Shown: in pieces, positions 39,151 to 49,429 of the stretch
Layout: every line of letters starts with the position of its first letter
Position numbering within the stretch: position 1 is the first letter of the stretch
DNA from: an uncultured Chlorobiaceae bacterium
GTDB taxonomy: Bacteria; Bacteroidota; Chlorobiia; Chlorobiales; Chlorobiaceae
DNA: 64,000 nucleotides
Direction of reading: 5' to 3'
Assembly: GCA_903840935.1 (NCBI GenBank)
Contig: CAIMHT010000040.1
Coordinates: forward strand, 1,592-65,591
Notes under the pieces: generated by a model
What the model saw: the letters and a program-made list of their open reading frames with translations, nothing else
Databases searched by the model: none
What the model was told of the DNA's origin: nothing
Position numbers and translations under genes: made by a program

Positions 39151-40512
39151 ATGAAGAGCGCCAGAAACAAGGATAATTCAATGCTGAATAAAAACAGGGA
39201 ACGTTCAGACTATCTCTCGGCATTGCGGCGCAGGGCTGAAGATCGTTTGCAGAAACATGAACAGAAAAATCAGGGTTTTTCACTTTCAGCCGGTGATATG
39301 CACCGCATTATTCATGAATTGTCGGTTCATCAGATTGAGCTTGAAATGCAGCAGGAGGAGCTCCTGCAGTCGCGCGATGATATGGAAAAGGGGCTGGAGC
39401 GCTATACCGAGCTTTATGACTTCGCGCCGGTGGGTTATCTGACACTTGCGCGCGACAGTACCATACTTGAGGTGAATCTGACGGCAACCAGGATGGTTGG
39501 TGTGGAGCGCTCCCTTTTGAAGGGTGCGTGCCTCGTACTCTTTGTTGATCCGGAAGAGAGCATGGTGTTTAATGCACTGATGGAGCGGGTCTTCAGTCAT
39601 CAGGAGCCAGCTTTCTGTGAGGTTATGCTTGTGCATGACGATGATCCTTTGGCACCGCGACGAGTGGTACGTATTGAGGCGGTCGTTCAGGATGATGGAC
39701 AGTTATGCTGGACGGTGCTTTCTGACATCACCCTGCAGAAGCAGATCGAGAGCGAGAATGCCCGGCTGCAGGCAACTCTGATTCAGGCCCATAAGATGGA
39801 GTCGATCGGTCGGCTTGCAGGTGGTGTTGCCCATGAGTTTAACAATATGCTGCAGGTGATGCTTGGCAATATTGACCTGCTGATCGCCAGGAAGGATCTT
39901 GACGTCAGTGCGCATCGCTCACTTGCTGCAGTGCGAAGTTCTATCATGAAATCAGCCGGGTTTGTTCGTCAACTGCTTGCTTTTGGCGGAAAGCAGATTA
40001 TCTCTCCGACGATACTCGATCTGAATGTTGTGGTTGAGCATATTGTCAAGATGCTTGAACGCCTGATGGGAGAGCACATCAAGGTGATCTTTACTCCAGG
40101 CGACGACCTCTGGCCGGTGAAGATGGATTTGACACAAATAGATCAGGTTATGATCAAACTTGCCCTCAATGCAAGGGATGCCATAAAGGAGAGCGGCACA
40201 CTGAGCATCACGACAAAAAATGTTGTCGTTGATGCGGCATTCTGTAACGTTCATACTGAAATGATGCCCGGCGATTATCTTTTGCTTGAGGTTTGTGATG
40301 ACGGGAGTGGTATGGACAAACAGACGCTCGAATCTGTTTTTGAACCGTATTTTACCACAAAATCGATGTCAGAGGGCACCGGTCTCGCGCTTGCAATGGT
40401 CTATGGCATTGTCCGGCAGAATCAGGGTGCGATATTCTCCTCCAGCAAAAAGGGAGAAGGGACGACATTTGAGATATATTTGCCCCGAAGCGCAGCTAAT
40501 GGATCAGCCTGA
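39151..40512 (+). CDS. PAS sensor histidine kinase (no receiver domain)
   Basis: ELSVHQIELEMQ, LYDFAPVGY, H-box AGGVAHEFNN, NARDA, FEPYFTTK and GEGTTFEIYLP motifs. Confidence 0.93.
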   Translation: MKSARNKDNSMLNKNRERSDYLSALRRRAEDRLQKHEQKNQGFSLSAGDMHRIIHELSVHQIELEMQQEELLQSRDDMEKGLERYTELYDFAPVGYLTLARDSTILEVNLTATRMVGVERSLLKGACLVLFVDPEESMVFNALMERVFSHQEPAFCEVMLVHDDDPLAPRRVVRIEAVVQDDGQLCWTVLSDITLQKQIESENARLQATLIQAHKMESIGRLAGGVAHEFNNMLQVMLGNIDLLIARKDLDVSAHRSLAAVRSSIMKSAGFVRQLLAFGGKQIISPTILDLNVVVEHIVKMLERLMGEHIKVIFTPGDDLWPVKMDLTQIDQVMIKLALNARDAIKESGTLSITTKNVVVDAAFCNVHTEMMPGDYLLLEVCDDGSGMDKQTLESVFEPYFTTKSMSEGTGLALAMVYGIVRQNQGAIFSSSKKGEGTTFEIYLPRSAANGSA

Positions 40513-40519
40513 TTGTTGC

Positions 40520-42172
40520 ATGAAAACAACAAACCCTTTCTGGTGCATGACCCATTATTGCCATTCAACACCACCCGCTGTTTCTGAAAATGTCTCTCTT
40601 GCCGGGAGGGGTTATTACAGGATAGGGGGGATCGCCTGCTATTTTGCCGAGCCGGGCTCTCTGGCGGAGCTTGCTGATATCCTGCTCTGGAGTGTCAGGC
40701 AGCGCCTGCCGCTTGCGCTCATGGGAAGCGGGAGCAATATCCTTTTTTCTGACGCAGATTTTGCGGGTATGGTGATATCCCTTGGCCGGATGGAGCGTTT
40801 TTTCTGGCTCTCTGATGATGAGCTATTTTGTGAGGCAGGGGTGGAGAACAGCAGCATTGCCGAAGAGTTGTTGCGGGTTGGCAGGGGAGGAGGCGAGTGG
40901 CTCTACCGGCTTCCCGGCCAGATTGGGGCAACGGTGAGGATGAATGCCCGCTGTTTCGGGGGAGAGGTTTCGGCCATTACGGCTGCGGTTTTGACGCTTT
41001 CGGTTGAGGGTTGCCTGCGTTGGAGTCTCCCGGAAGAGGTTTTTTACGGCTACAAGCATACCGCACTGATGGAGAGGCCGGAGATGGTGGTTGCCTCTCT
41101 TTTGCGTTTTGCGGAGGTGCGGCCCATTGATGAGGTACAAGCGTTGATGAAGGGCCATGAAGGGGAGCGCGAGGCGAAGCACCATTTTGATTTTCCGAGT
41201 TGTGGCTCGACCTTCAAGAACAACTATGCGGTGGGCCGTTCGAGCGGCTCTATTTTTGAGGAGCTTGGTTTCAAGGGGAGGGCGGAGGGTGGCGCCATGG
41301 TGAGCCCCTACCATGCCAATTTTATTTTTAACAGGGGAGGAGCAACCGCCCGGGAGGTGCTCACGCTTGCTGCCGGCATGAAACATGCAGCTCTTGCAGA
41401 GGCCGGGGCTCAGCTTGATCTTGAGGTTCAGTGTATCGGGTTGTTTGATGGCGATCTGCTTGCCTCGTGTGGTGTCCCTTTTGCGGCCGATCTGCAGGAT
41501 CCTTCAAAAGGGTGGGCCGGGCTGTTGTGGAATCCGCAGGAGGAGGACTCGGCTGGAGCGCTGGATCCGATTTTTCCCCGTATGCTCATGCAGGGGCCGC
41601 TGCTTGGCTATGCGGCTCTCGACCGGGAGTTTCCTGCTGGAGCGTTTGTTGCTGTTGAGCAGTTGCGCTCGCTTGCGGATGCGGCCCTAAATCCCGAAGC
41701 CCCCATTCTTCGCTGGACAACCAGCAGCAGTGATCCTGCCATTTTTCCACTCAAGCCGCCCTCAACTATTCCGCCCGGAAGCTTTACTGACGGACTTTGG
41801 CACTACAGCGTCTCCGAACTGTTTATCGCTTCCGTTGCTCCGGGAGTGGGCTATCTTGAGTTTGAAATGAGTCCGGAGGGTCACTGGGTTGCGTTGCGCT
41901 TTGATGCTCCGCGAAAGAGGGCGAAAGGGTATGAAGTTCTTTCAGCGGAACCCTGGCTGAAAACGGTGCATAAGGTGCAGAATGAGGGGCGCTTTGGTAT
42001 GGAGCTCTCGTGGGAACTTTTGCACCCATTCGTTAACGGGGAGATCCTTGCCTTGCAGTGTTCAGCCTCTTCCGGCAGGGGAGAGCTTGGCCTCTTCCCC
42101 TGGTGGCCCAATGCATCATTACCGGCTGATTTTCACCAGCCGGAGCGCTTTTTCCGGATTCGCCTGCTCTGA
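40520..42172 (+). CDS. murB: UDP-N-acetylmuramate dehydrogenase fused to a C-terminal DOMON-like domain (start uncertain)
   Basis: GSGSNILF, PGQIGATVRMNA, PSCGSTFKN and HANFIFN motifs; extension with ELFI..YLEFEMSP.GHW and DFHQPERF. Confidence 0.88.
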   Translation: MKTTNPFWCMTHYCHSTPPAVSENVSLAGRGYYRIGGIACYFAEPGSLAELADILLWSVRQRLPLALMGSGSNILFSDADFAGMVISLGRMERFFWLSDDELFCEAGVENSSIAEELLRVGRGGGEWLYRLPGQIGATVRMNARCFGGEVSAITAAVLTLSVEGCLRWSLPEEVFYGYKHTALMERPEMVVASLLRFAEVRPIDEVQALMKGHEGEREAKHHFDFPSCGSTFKNNYAVGRSSGSIFEELGFKGRAEGGAMVSPYHANFIFNRGGATAREVLTLAAGMKHAALAEAGAQLDLEVQCIGLFDGDLLASCGVPFAADLQDPSKGWAGLLWNPQEEDSAGALDPIFPRMLMQGPLLGYAALDREFPAGAFVAVEQLRSLADAALNPEAPILRWTTSSSDPAIFPLKPPSTIPPGSFTDGLWHYSVSELFIASVAPGVGYLEFEMSPEGHWVALRFDAPRKRAKGYEVLSAEPWLKTVHKVQNEGRFGMELSWELLHPFVNGEILALQCSASSGRGELGLFPWWPNASLPADFHQPERFFRIRLL

Positions 42173-42181
42173 AAAGATTTG

Positions 42182-43048
42182 TTACAGATCGGCGGCAGGC
42201 ATACGGGAAACCTCTTCTGCTGTAAAGACCGGCCCCTCTTTGCAGACATAGACCGACCCTACATTGCAGCGTCCGCATTTGCCGACACCGCATTTCATGC
42301 GGTTTTCGAGCGTTGTGTAGACGTTTTTTTCATCAAAGCCAAGCTTTTTGAGTGATATCAGGGTGAACTTGATCATGATTGGCGGCCCGCAGATTACAGC
42401 GATGCAGTTGTCGGGAGAGGGGGCGGCCTCTTCGAGTACCGTAGGCACAAAGCCGACACGGTATTTCCAGTCGGGTGACTCTCCACCCGGATCGACGGTG
42501 AGGACAAGGTCAACATCAGCACGCTTCTGCCATTCGTCAAGTTCATGCTTGTAGACCAGATCGGCTACGGTGCGGGCACCATAGACAATGGTGACCTTGC
42601 CAAATTTTTCACGCTGATCGAGGCACGACCAGATAACACTCCGCGTCGGTGGCAGTGCGATCCCTCCAGAAATAAAGAGGAGGTTTTTGCCGTGGAACTC
42701 TTCAATGGGAAAGCGGTTTCCGTAAGGCCCGCGGAAGGTGACGAGGTCACCGACATCGGCATTGGCCAGAGCCGAAGTCACCCGGCCCGACTGGCGGAAG
42801 GTGCATTCGATATACTCGTTCCGGGTCTCGGGGCTTGCGACGCAGAAGGTGCTCTCACCCTCACCGTAGACGCCGTAGAGACCGAACATGCCGGTCCGGA
42901 AGGTTTTCTTGAACTGCTCATGGTCAGCCGGGTTTTGAAACTCGAGCCTCATGGTTCGCACGCCGGGCGCTTCGTCGTGGCGGGCGACGATTTTCATGAT
43001 AGCCGGCTTGTAGATGTTCGGTTGCGCGTTGTGAATGGTTTCTGTCAC
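42182..43048 (-). CDS. FAD/NAD-binding [2Fe-2S] subunit (FlxA/AsrB/HydG-like)
   Basis: RGPYGN, GGIALPP, CGPPIM and MKCGVGKCGRC..CKEGPVF motifs. Confidence 0.9.
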   Translation of the reverse strand: MTETIHNAQPNIYKPAIMKIVARHDEAPGVRTMRLEFQNPADHEQFKKTFRTGMFGLYGVYGEGESTFCVASPETRNEYIECTFRQSGRVTSALANADVGDLVTFRGPYGNRFPIEEFHGKNLLFISGGIALPPTRSVIWSCLDQREKFGKVTIVYGARTVADLVYKHELDEWQKRADVDLVLTVDPGGESPDWKYRVGFVPTVLEEAAPSPDNCIAVICGPPIMIKFTLISLKKLGFDEKNVYTTLENRMKCGVGKCGRCNVGSVYVCKEGPVFTAEEVSRMPAADL

Positions 43049-43050
43049 GG

Positions 43051-44058
43051 CTATAATTTTGATATCTCTTGTAAAGTCTCGGTAATACCCATGTCAACCG
43101 GGCACTGGCGTGAGCATCGGCCGCATCCGCTGCAACTGTTCACGCTGAACTTGCCTGGAAAATAGTTGAATTTGTGCATGATGCGCTGGCGCCATCGTGC
43201 CGATTGCGTCGAACGGGGGTTGTGGCCCGAGGTATGCATGGTAAAGAGGGCAAAGGAGCAACTGTCCCAATTTTTTCTTCTGATACCGCTGTAGGTGTCG
43301 CCTTCGTCCTGGATGTCGAAACAGTGACAGGTTGGACAAAGGTAGGTGCAGGAGGCGCAACCGATACAGCGCATCGAGATCTCTTTCCAGAATTTGCTGT
43401 CAAAGTTTTCGGGGTTCTGCAGCCAGGCAACGCAGGCATCGAGGTTGAATTTTTCCGGTACTTCGACGGTCGGGAGTGCTGTCTCGGAGCTCTCCTGGAG
43501 GTATTCGGAAATGATCGCGAATGCTTCACGTCCCCGATCGGTAAGCTCTTCAACCAGCCATCCCCGGTTTTTGTCGAGGGGACGAAGCAGCACGTCTGTG
43601 CCCTTTGTGCTGTCGGGGGCCAGTTTGAGTGAGGTGCATAGACAGAAATCATCTGCTTTTGTACAGGCAATGGTCACAATGACCGATTCATTGCGTCGCT
43701 GAAACCAGTATTCGTCCTTGTAATCCCATCCGAAAAGGGGATCGTCGATCGCCAGACCTGACGCATCGCACGGCCTGGCACCAAAAATGATTCTTTGTGC
43801 TGACGGAGGAGTGAAGTCAGCCGTTTCGATTTCATTTTTCTTGATGGTGTAGCGCAGCATCGGTTCCGTCTGGGGAAAAAAGAGCTCCTTGAGTGAACGG
43901 TCGGGCAGCACCATGCCTAAATGCAGATCGGTACCTTTCTCAACGGTGGCATAGCTTGAAAGGGACTCTCCCTGCACAGGGCCAATCACGGTCAGCCCTG
44001 CCGAGCGCCATTTTGCGACACAATTGTCAAGTTTATCACTGAAAAGGATTCTGGTCAT
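43051..44058 (-). CDS. 4Fe-4S dicluster subunit (FlxB/AsrA-like)
   Basis: RPCD, CIGCASCTYLCPTCHCF and CSGCGRCSRQCP motifs. Confidence 0.9.
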   Translation of the reverse strand: MTRILFSDKLDNCVAKWRSAGLTVIGPVQGESLSSYATVEKGTDLHLGMVLPDRSLKELFFPQTEPMLRYTIKKNEIETADFTPPSAQRIIFGARPCDASGLAIDDPLFGWDYKDEYWFQRRNESVIVTIACTKADDFCLCTSLKLAPDSTKGTDVLLRPLDKNRGWLVEELTDRGREAFAIISEYLQESSETALPTVEVPEKFNLDACVAWLQNPENFDSKFWKEISMRCIGCASCTYLCPTCHCFDIQDEGDTYSGIRRKNWDSCSFALFTMHTSGHNPRSTQSARWRQRIMHKFNYFPGKFSVNSCSGCGRCSRQCPVDMGITETLQEISKL

Positions 44059-44071
44059 AGGTGTTGGTTAC

Positions 44072-44902
44072 TTAGAGAATGAATGTCTCAGTGTCGTCCT
44101 TTTTGAAACTTGCAAGCACCGGTTCCTGGGTCGGGCTTAAACCGGCAAAATGATCGAATCCATCAACCACCTCTTTGGCCATCCTCTGGTTGATGAAGCG
44201 GAGCGGTATGTTCACAGGGCAGGCCCGGTCGCAGTTGCCGCACTGGACGCATCGGCCGGAAAGGTGAAATGCCCTTACGACATTCCATTCAAAATTTCCG
44301 AGTGTATGCGACGAGGTGTTGACCCATTGCGGCTGGTTGCTGTCGACAATGCAGCGGCGGCAGTAGCACATGGGGCAGGCCTGGCGGCAGGCGTAGCATT
44401 TGATGCATCGGGAAAACTCCTGCTGCCAGAAGTCGAACCGCTCTTTTGCGTTCATTTTCTCGATACGCTCAAGGAGTGGCTCTTTCGTGGTGAGCGGAGG
44501 GTTTTCCCTGATTTCGCTGAGCAGTGCAGAAAAGTCACTGGTAGTTTGACCCTGCAACGGTCTGACCTCCCGGCCTGTGGAGTCAAATCCGAAAATAACG
44601 ATCTGATCGACATTGAGCTGGTATTCTGCAGCAAGGATGTTGATGGAGCGTATCCCTTCGGGGCGCAAAAAGATGCCAACCCGTTTTTCATCGCTCAGCA
44701 GCCCTTCGGCGACGAGGTATCCTGAAAGGTTGGTTATGCAGGTGCTGTCGAGCACAAGCTGGTCGGCCTCTTCCGAGGTACGGATAAAGAGCGGGCGACG
44801 CCGGTCGGAAGTTGAGCCTGGCCTGTAGCCGATCGCCATTTTTATCGTGCCATTGGCAAGAAGCTCTTTTACCGTTGTTCTGTATTTTTCCTGTGTAATC
44901 AT
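44072..44902 (-). CDS. 4Fe-4S subunit (FlxC-like)
   Basis: CIKCYACRQACPMCYCRRC and CVQCGNCDRACP motifs. Confidence 0.88.
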   Translation of the reverse strand: MITQEKYRTTVKELLANGTIKMAIGYRPGSTSDRRRPLFIRTSEEADQLVLDSTCITNLSGYLVAEGLLSDEKRVGIFLRPEGIRSINILAAEYQLNVDQIVIFGFDSTGREVRPLQGQTTSDFSALLSEIRENPPLTTKEPLLERIEKMNAKERFDFWQQEFSRCIKCYACRQACPMCYCRRCIVDSNQPQWVNTSSHTLGNFEWNVVRAFHLSGRCVQCGNCDRACPVNIPLRFINQRMAKEVVDGFDHFAGLSPTQEPVLASFKKDDTETFIL

Positions 44903-44914
44903 TGCCTCTTGTTT

Positions 44915-45364
44915 TTAAAGGGTCGCCGGTGATTCAGTTTCCTTGATCAACTTCTGGTACTGATCAAAGGGGCCGAGTTTACGGATATCTTCCGTGACGC
45001 TGTTGATGAGATCAGCAAATTTGCTTCCTTCTGCCGCACTGATCCACGAGAAAATGACCCGTTCCGGTGGTATGCCGGTGAAGTCGAGCAGGGCACGAAA
45101 GACCATCCAGCGGCGGCGCGCATGGTAGTTTCCATGGGTGAAATGGCAGTCACCCGGATGGCAGCCACTGACCAGTACACCGTCAGCCCTCTTCTGCAGC
45201 GCTTTGAGGATAAACATGGGGCTGATTCTTCCGGTGCAGGGAAGTCGGACAATGCGCACATTTGGCGCATATTTCAGCCTGCTCGTTCCCGCAAGGTCAG
45301 CGCCGGCGTAGGTGCAGTAGGTACAGACAAAAGCGACGATCTTTGGTTCAAATGGTTCACTCAT
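44915..45364 (-). CDS. mvhD: MvhD/FlxD [2Fe-2S] subunit
   Basis: FVCTYCTYAGADLAG, LPCTGR, GCHPGDCH and WISAAEG motifs. Confidence 0.93.
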   Translation of the reverse strand: MSEPFEPKIVAFVCTYCTYAGADLAGTSRLKYAPNVRIVRLPCTGRISPMFILKALQKRADGVLVSGCHPGDCHFTHGNYHARRRWMVFRALLDFTGIPPERVIFSWISAAEGSKFADLINSVTEDIRKLGPFDQYQKLIKETESPATL

Positions 45365-45417
45365 CGGCGTACTCCGGTAGCAAAGTTCTGTTCGTTCATG
45401 GAAAAAATGGAGGCTTT

Positions 45418-47388
45418 TCAGAGCCCCATCACTTCAGCAAAGATCTGTTTTTCGGTAAAGCCAGCCAAATCGAGGCTGTTCGAGCGGCAGAAGCTGACGC
45501 AGGTGCCGCATCCCTGGCAGAGGCCGGGATTGACATAAGCCACCTGTTTGATAAGCTTTCCCGAACGGTCGCGAATATCCTTTTTCTCAATGGCATTGTA
45601 GGGACAGGCAAGAACGCAGCCCCAGCATCCGGCGCAGGTCGCTTCGTTGTTTACGGCAATAACCGGCTCCCGTTCAAGCTTCTCTTTGCTGAAGAGAGCG
45701 AGTACCTTGCTGGCTGATGCCGATGCCTGGGCAACCGAATCAGGAATATCTTTGGGCGACTGGCATGCTCCGGCAAGAAAGACCCCTGCCGTGGATGATT
45801 CAACGGGGCGAAGTTTGAGATGGGCCTCGTTGTAAAAGCCATATTCGTCGTAGGCGATGCCGATGGTTTTGGCAAACTCTTTTGCATTGGGCTGCGGTAC
45901 CATTGCGGTGGCAAGGACGACCATGTCGGCAGCGACGGTAACCGGCTTGCCGAGAAGGGTATCGACACCGCGCACCATCAGTTTGCCGTTTTCCTGCCAA
46001 AGCTTGCTTACCCTGCCACGGACGTAGGAGGCCTCATCCTCCTCAATTGCCCGACGGGTAAATTCATCATACCCTTTGCCTGCCGCACGGATATCCATAT
46101 AGAAAATATGGGTTTTACCGTCGTGCACCTTGTGTGCGTAGAGCATGGCATGTTTGGCGGTGTACATGCAGCAGATTTTGGAGCAGTAGCGCACTCCCTT
46201 TGAGGGGTCGCGTGATCCGGCGCACTGGATGAAGACAACGTTTTCAGGCTCCTTGCCGTCAGAGGGACGAAGAATTCGGCCTGCTGTCGGGCCGCTTGCA
46301 GAAGCGAGGCGCTCAAACTGAAGGCCGGTGATGACGTCCGGAAATTTTCCGTAGCCATACTCTCCGTAGAGGGCGGTATTCTGTACCTGGAAGCCGGTAG
46401 CAACAACAATTGCTCCTATTTCAAGGTCGATGAATTCATCCTGCATCTCAAAGTTGATGGCGTTGAGTTCACAGGATTTCTGGCACGTTTTGCATTTGCC
46501 GTTCTTGAAGTAGATGCAGCTTGCCTTGTCGATGACCGGCATATTGGGAACTGACTGGGCGAAAGGGGTATAAATGGCGGTACGCTTGCCAAGACCGCAG
46601 TCAAATTCACTTGAGATTTTTTTGACCGGACATTTGGTGATGCAGTCGCCGCAACCCGTACAGGCGTTCATGTCAACGTAGCGCGCTTTCATACGGACCC
46701 TGACCTTGAAATTGCCAATGTAGCCATCAACACTCTCAATTTCGGCGTATGTAAGGAGCCTGATGTTGGGATGCTGGGCGGTTTCTACCATTCGGGGGGT
46801 CATGATGCACTGCGAGCAGTCGAGCGTGGGGAAGGTCTCCGACAACTGCGCCATGTGGCCACCAAGGGAGGGCTCGCGTTCAACAAGGACAACTTCCTGA
46901 CCGGCATTGGCAATATCGAGTGCTGCCTGCAGACCTGCAATACCGCCTCCGATGACCAGGGCCCGGCGGGTTACCGGAACCTCGATAGGTTGAAGTTTAT
47001 TGTTGCGCTTGACCTTTTCAACCATCGAACGGACGATGTCCGCAGCTTTGGCGGTAGCCATATCACCATCGGTGTGTACCCATGAACACTGTTCGCGAAT
47101 ATTGGCTATTTCACACAGGTAGGGGTTCAGCCCCGCTTCTGCACATGCCTTGCGAAAGGTGGCTTCATGCATTCTCGGTGAGCAGGCGGCGATGACGATA
47201 CCGGTAAGGTTGTTTTCGCGGATTGCTTTTTTGACGCTCTCCTGACCAGGATCGGAGCAGAAATATTTGTATTCGACAGAGACCTCGACACCAGGGTGTT
47301 CCCCCATGGCGGCTGCAAGTTTGGTACAGTCAACTTTCGCAGCGATGTTTTCGCCGCAGTGACATATAAATACCCCGATTTTTGCCAT
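45418..47388 (-). CDS. hdrA: Heterodisulfide reductase subunit A
   Basis: IGVFICHCG.NI, ANIREQCSWVH, TFPTLDC, QCAGSRD..YCSKICC and ferredoxin motifs. Confidence 0.96.
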   Translation of the reverse strand: MAKIGVFICHCGENIAAKVDCTKLAAAMGEHPGVEVSVEYKYFCSDPGQESVKKAIRENNLTGIVIAACSPRMHEATFRKACAEAGLNPYLCEIANIREQCSWVHTDGDMATAKAADIVRSMVEKVKRNNKLQPIEVPVTRRALVIGGGIAGLQAALDIANAGQEVVLVEREPSLGGHMAQLSETFPTLDCSQCIMTPRMVETAQHPNIRLLTYAEIESVDGYIGNFKVRVRMKARYVDMNACTGCGDCITKCPVKKISSEFDCGLGKRTAIYTPFAQSVPNMPVIDKASCIYFKNGKCKTCQKSCELNAINFEMQDEFIDLEIGAIVVATGFQVQNTALYGEYGYGKFPDVITGLQFERLASASGPTAGRILRPSDGKEPENVVFIQCAGSRDPSKGVRYCSKICCMYTAKHAMLYAHKVHDGKTHIFYMDIRAAGKGYDEFTRRAIEEDEASYVRGRVSKLWQENGKLMVRGVDTLLGKPVTVAADMVVLATAMVPQPNAKEFAKTIGIAYDEYGFYNEAHLKLRPVESSTAGVFLAGACQSPKDIPDSVAQASASASKVLALFSKEKLEREPVIAVNNEATCAGCWGCVLACPYNAIEKKDIRDRSGKLIKQVAYVNPGLCQGCGTCVSFCRSNSLDLAGFTEKQIFAEVMGL

Positions 47389-47488
47389 TATTCAATCTTT
47401 TAGTATGAAGCCGCTGACCTGAACGGCCCGGCATGGAACACCCCTGAACCCCGACTTTTCGTCAGGTATTCAAGGGTTTGGTCGTACC

Positions 47489-48997
47489 CTAAAGTTTTGA
47501 GACAAGGTCGAGCGCCGGCACAAAGTGCTCTCCTACAGCGACTTCCGAAGGATCGGCACCGCAGGCGATGGCGACAAGCTCTGAAATGTAGTAAACCGGC
47601 ATCTCTTTGACATCTCCGAAGCGCTTTCTCATGCTTCCCTGACGCATGTCAAGATTTGCCTGGCATAGGGGACAGGCAACCACAAAGGCCTCGGCACCGT
47701 TGTCGGCCGCGTTTTTGGCAATGGAGTGTGTCAGCTCTTCAACAAGCGGCTGCTGTGCAAGCGTCAGTCCGGCTCCGCAGCACTCAATCTTGAATGCCCA
47801 CTCTATGGGCGTCGCGCCAAGAGCGGTCATGATTGCCTCCATTTTGAGCGGATTTTCAGGATCGTCAAAACCCATAGCCTCCATTGGACGGACCAGAAGG
47901 CAACCATAATAGCAGGCAAGATGGAGCCCGGTAAGGGGCTTTTTCACCCTTTTTTTGATCTCTTCTGGATCCATTGCTTCAAGAAGCTGGGTCACACCAA
48001 TAAATTCAGCACGACCGGTTGGCTCTATACCGGTAATCGAACGAACCTCCTCACGAAGTTCCTGGGAGTCAAGCAGTGACTGACGGGTAGTAACCTGACG
48101 GTTCTGGCAGGCGGCGCAGGGCGCAAGGACCAGATCCAGCCCCTGTGCATCGGCAAGAGCCTGGTTCCTTGCTGGCAGAAGCACGGCAAGCTTGTGATTG
48201 GTTGCGTGCGCCGAGGTTGCTCCGCAGCAGTTCCAGTCCTCGATTTCCTGAAGTTTGAGGCCGAGAAGGGAGCACATTTTTTTGACTGAAATATCATACT
48301 CCCGTGCTGTTCCACTCAGCGAGCATCCGGGATAGTAGCCTATGGTCATACCCGGCTTGATTGAACGGGTAGCTTTTGCGGTGAACTCCTTCTTTATGGG
48401 ACGTCGTTTCGGTGCGGAAAGATGGGCCTCTTTTTTGGAAGCTTCAAAGATTTTTGCGATTTGCTCTTTCCCCTTGACTCCACCTTTACCGGTAAGGGTA
48501 TGCAGCGGATTGATCTTTCCGCTCATGATCATCTTGACGCCCGACTCGGCATCCTGAAGAAATGTTCTGGTGCGGAGCTTGTAGCTGTTGATGAGTGAGA
48601 GCTCCTCAAGACGACCGTGTTTACGCACGTTGTTGAGGAAGGAAACGTGAAAGGCGGTAACCAGCTTTTTTGACCTGTTTTCGGAAACAATACCCTTCTC
48701 AAGCGCCATAGCCCTGAGCGAGTCCATTGTTGCAGCAATATCCATGTTCTGTGGACATCGCGCAGTACAGGTCATGCAACCGACACAGAACCAGAGTGCT
48801 TCGCTTTTCAGGGCATCTTCGATATAGCCCGCCTGGACGAGACGCATGATTCTTGCCGGAGGGCTGTCCATAAATGTTCCCGCTGGACAGCCAGCCGTAC
48901 ATTTTCCACACTGGTAGCAGCAGTTATAGTCATTTCCGGTGGATTCCTCAAGCTGATGCTTCAGGGTATCCTTTACTGTCATCTTGATTTTTGACAC
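47489..48997 (-). CDS. Fused heterodisulfide reductase HdrC-HdrB
   Basis: N-terminal CYQCGKCTAGCP and CVGCMTCTARCP; C-terminal CCG domains (YYPGC, WNCCG, YYGC, ECCG, CPLC). Confidence 0.92.
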   Translation of the reverse strand: MSKIKMTVKDTLKHQLEESTGNDYNCCYQCGKCTAGCPAGTFMDSPPARIMRLVQAGYIEDALKSEALWFCVGCMTCTARCPQNMDIAATMDSLRAMALEKGIVSENRSKKLVTAFHVSFLNNVRKHGRLEELSLINSYKLRTRTFLQDAESGVKMIMSGKINPLHTLTGKGGVKGKEQIAKIFEASKKEAHLSAPKRRPIKKEFTAKATRSIKPGMTIGYYPGCSLSGTAREYDISVKKMCSLLGLKLQEIEDWNCCGATSAHATNHKLAVLLPARNQALADAQGLDLVLAPCAACQNRQVTTRQSLLDSQELREEVRSITGIEPTGRAEFIGVTQLLEAMDPEEIKKRVKKPLTGLHLACYYGCLLVRPMEAMGFDDPENPLKMEAIMTALGATPIEWAFKIECCGAGLTLAQQPLVEELTHSIAKNAADNGAEAFVVACPLCQANLDMRQGSMRKRFGDVKEMPVYYISELVAIACGADPSEVAVGEHFVPALDLVSKL

Positions 48998-49429
48998 GTG
49001 GTATAGGTTACTTTACGTGGAGCGGGAAGCGAAATGACGCCAACATAGCATGTTAAAGAAAATTACATTAATGTCAAATAATTCAGGCTCAATAATTTCA
49101 TTTCCTTTTAGGTAAGAAGAGAGCAGAAAAACTCCGGAAAGCTTTGCTAACACCCGGTTTTCAGCTTTTTGGCCTTTCAATGTTCGTGTCACTTTTTTTC
49201 AACAATTGTTAAGTAACATCAACAGGAATCAAACCGTTCACGTCGGTTTAATTTTTTTTGTATGGGTGCTGAAACCAGTGAGCGTGTTGCGTTTTGGCAC
49301 CTTAACTTGCGTGCAGCACTTTGTCATTTTCGAGTGGAAAATATCCGGAAAGTCATTGATATGATACTCTTTTTGCTTATGATGCAACAACTCCCCATTT
49401 TAAATATTATAAATTTTCATTACAAAACC

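Noticed and set aside
41500-42172. MurB C-terminal extension as a novel fusion
   Set aside because: A DOMON-like domain fused to MurB is already a described domain family.
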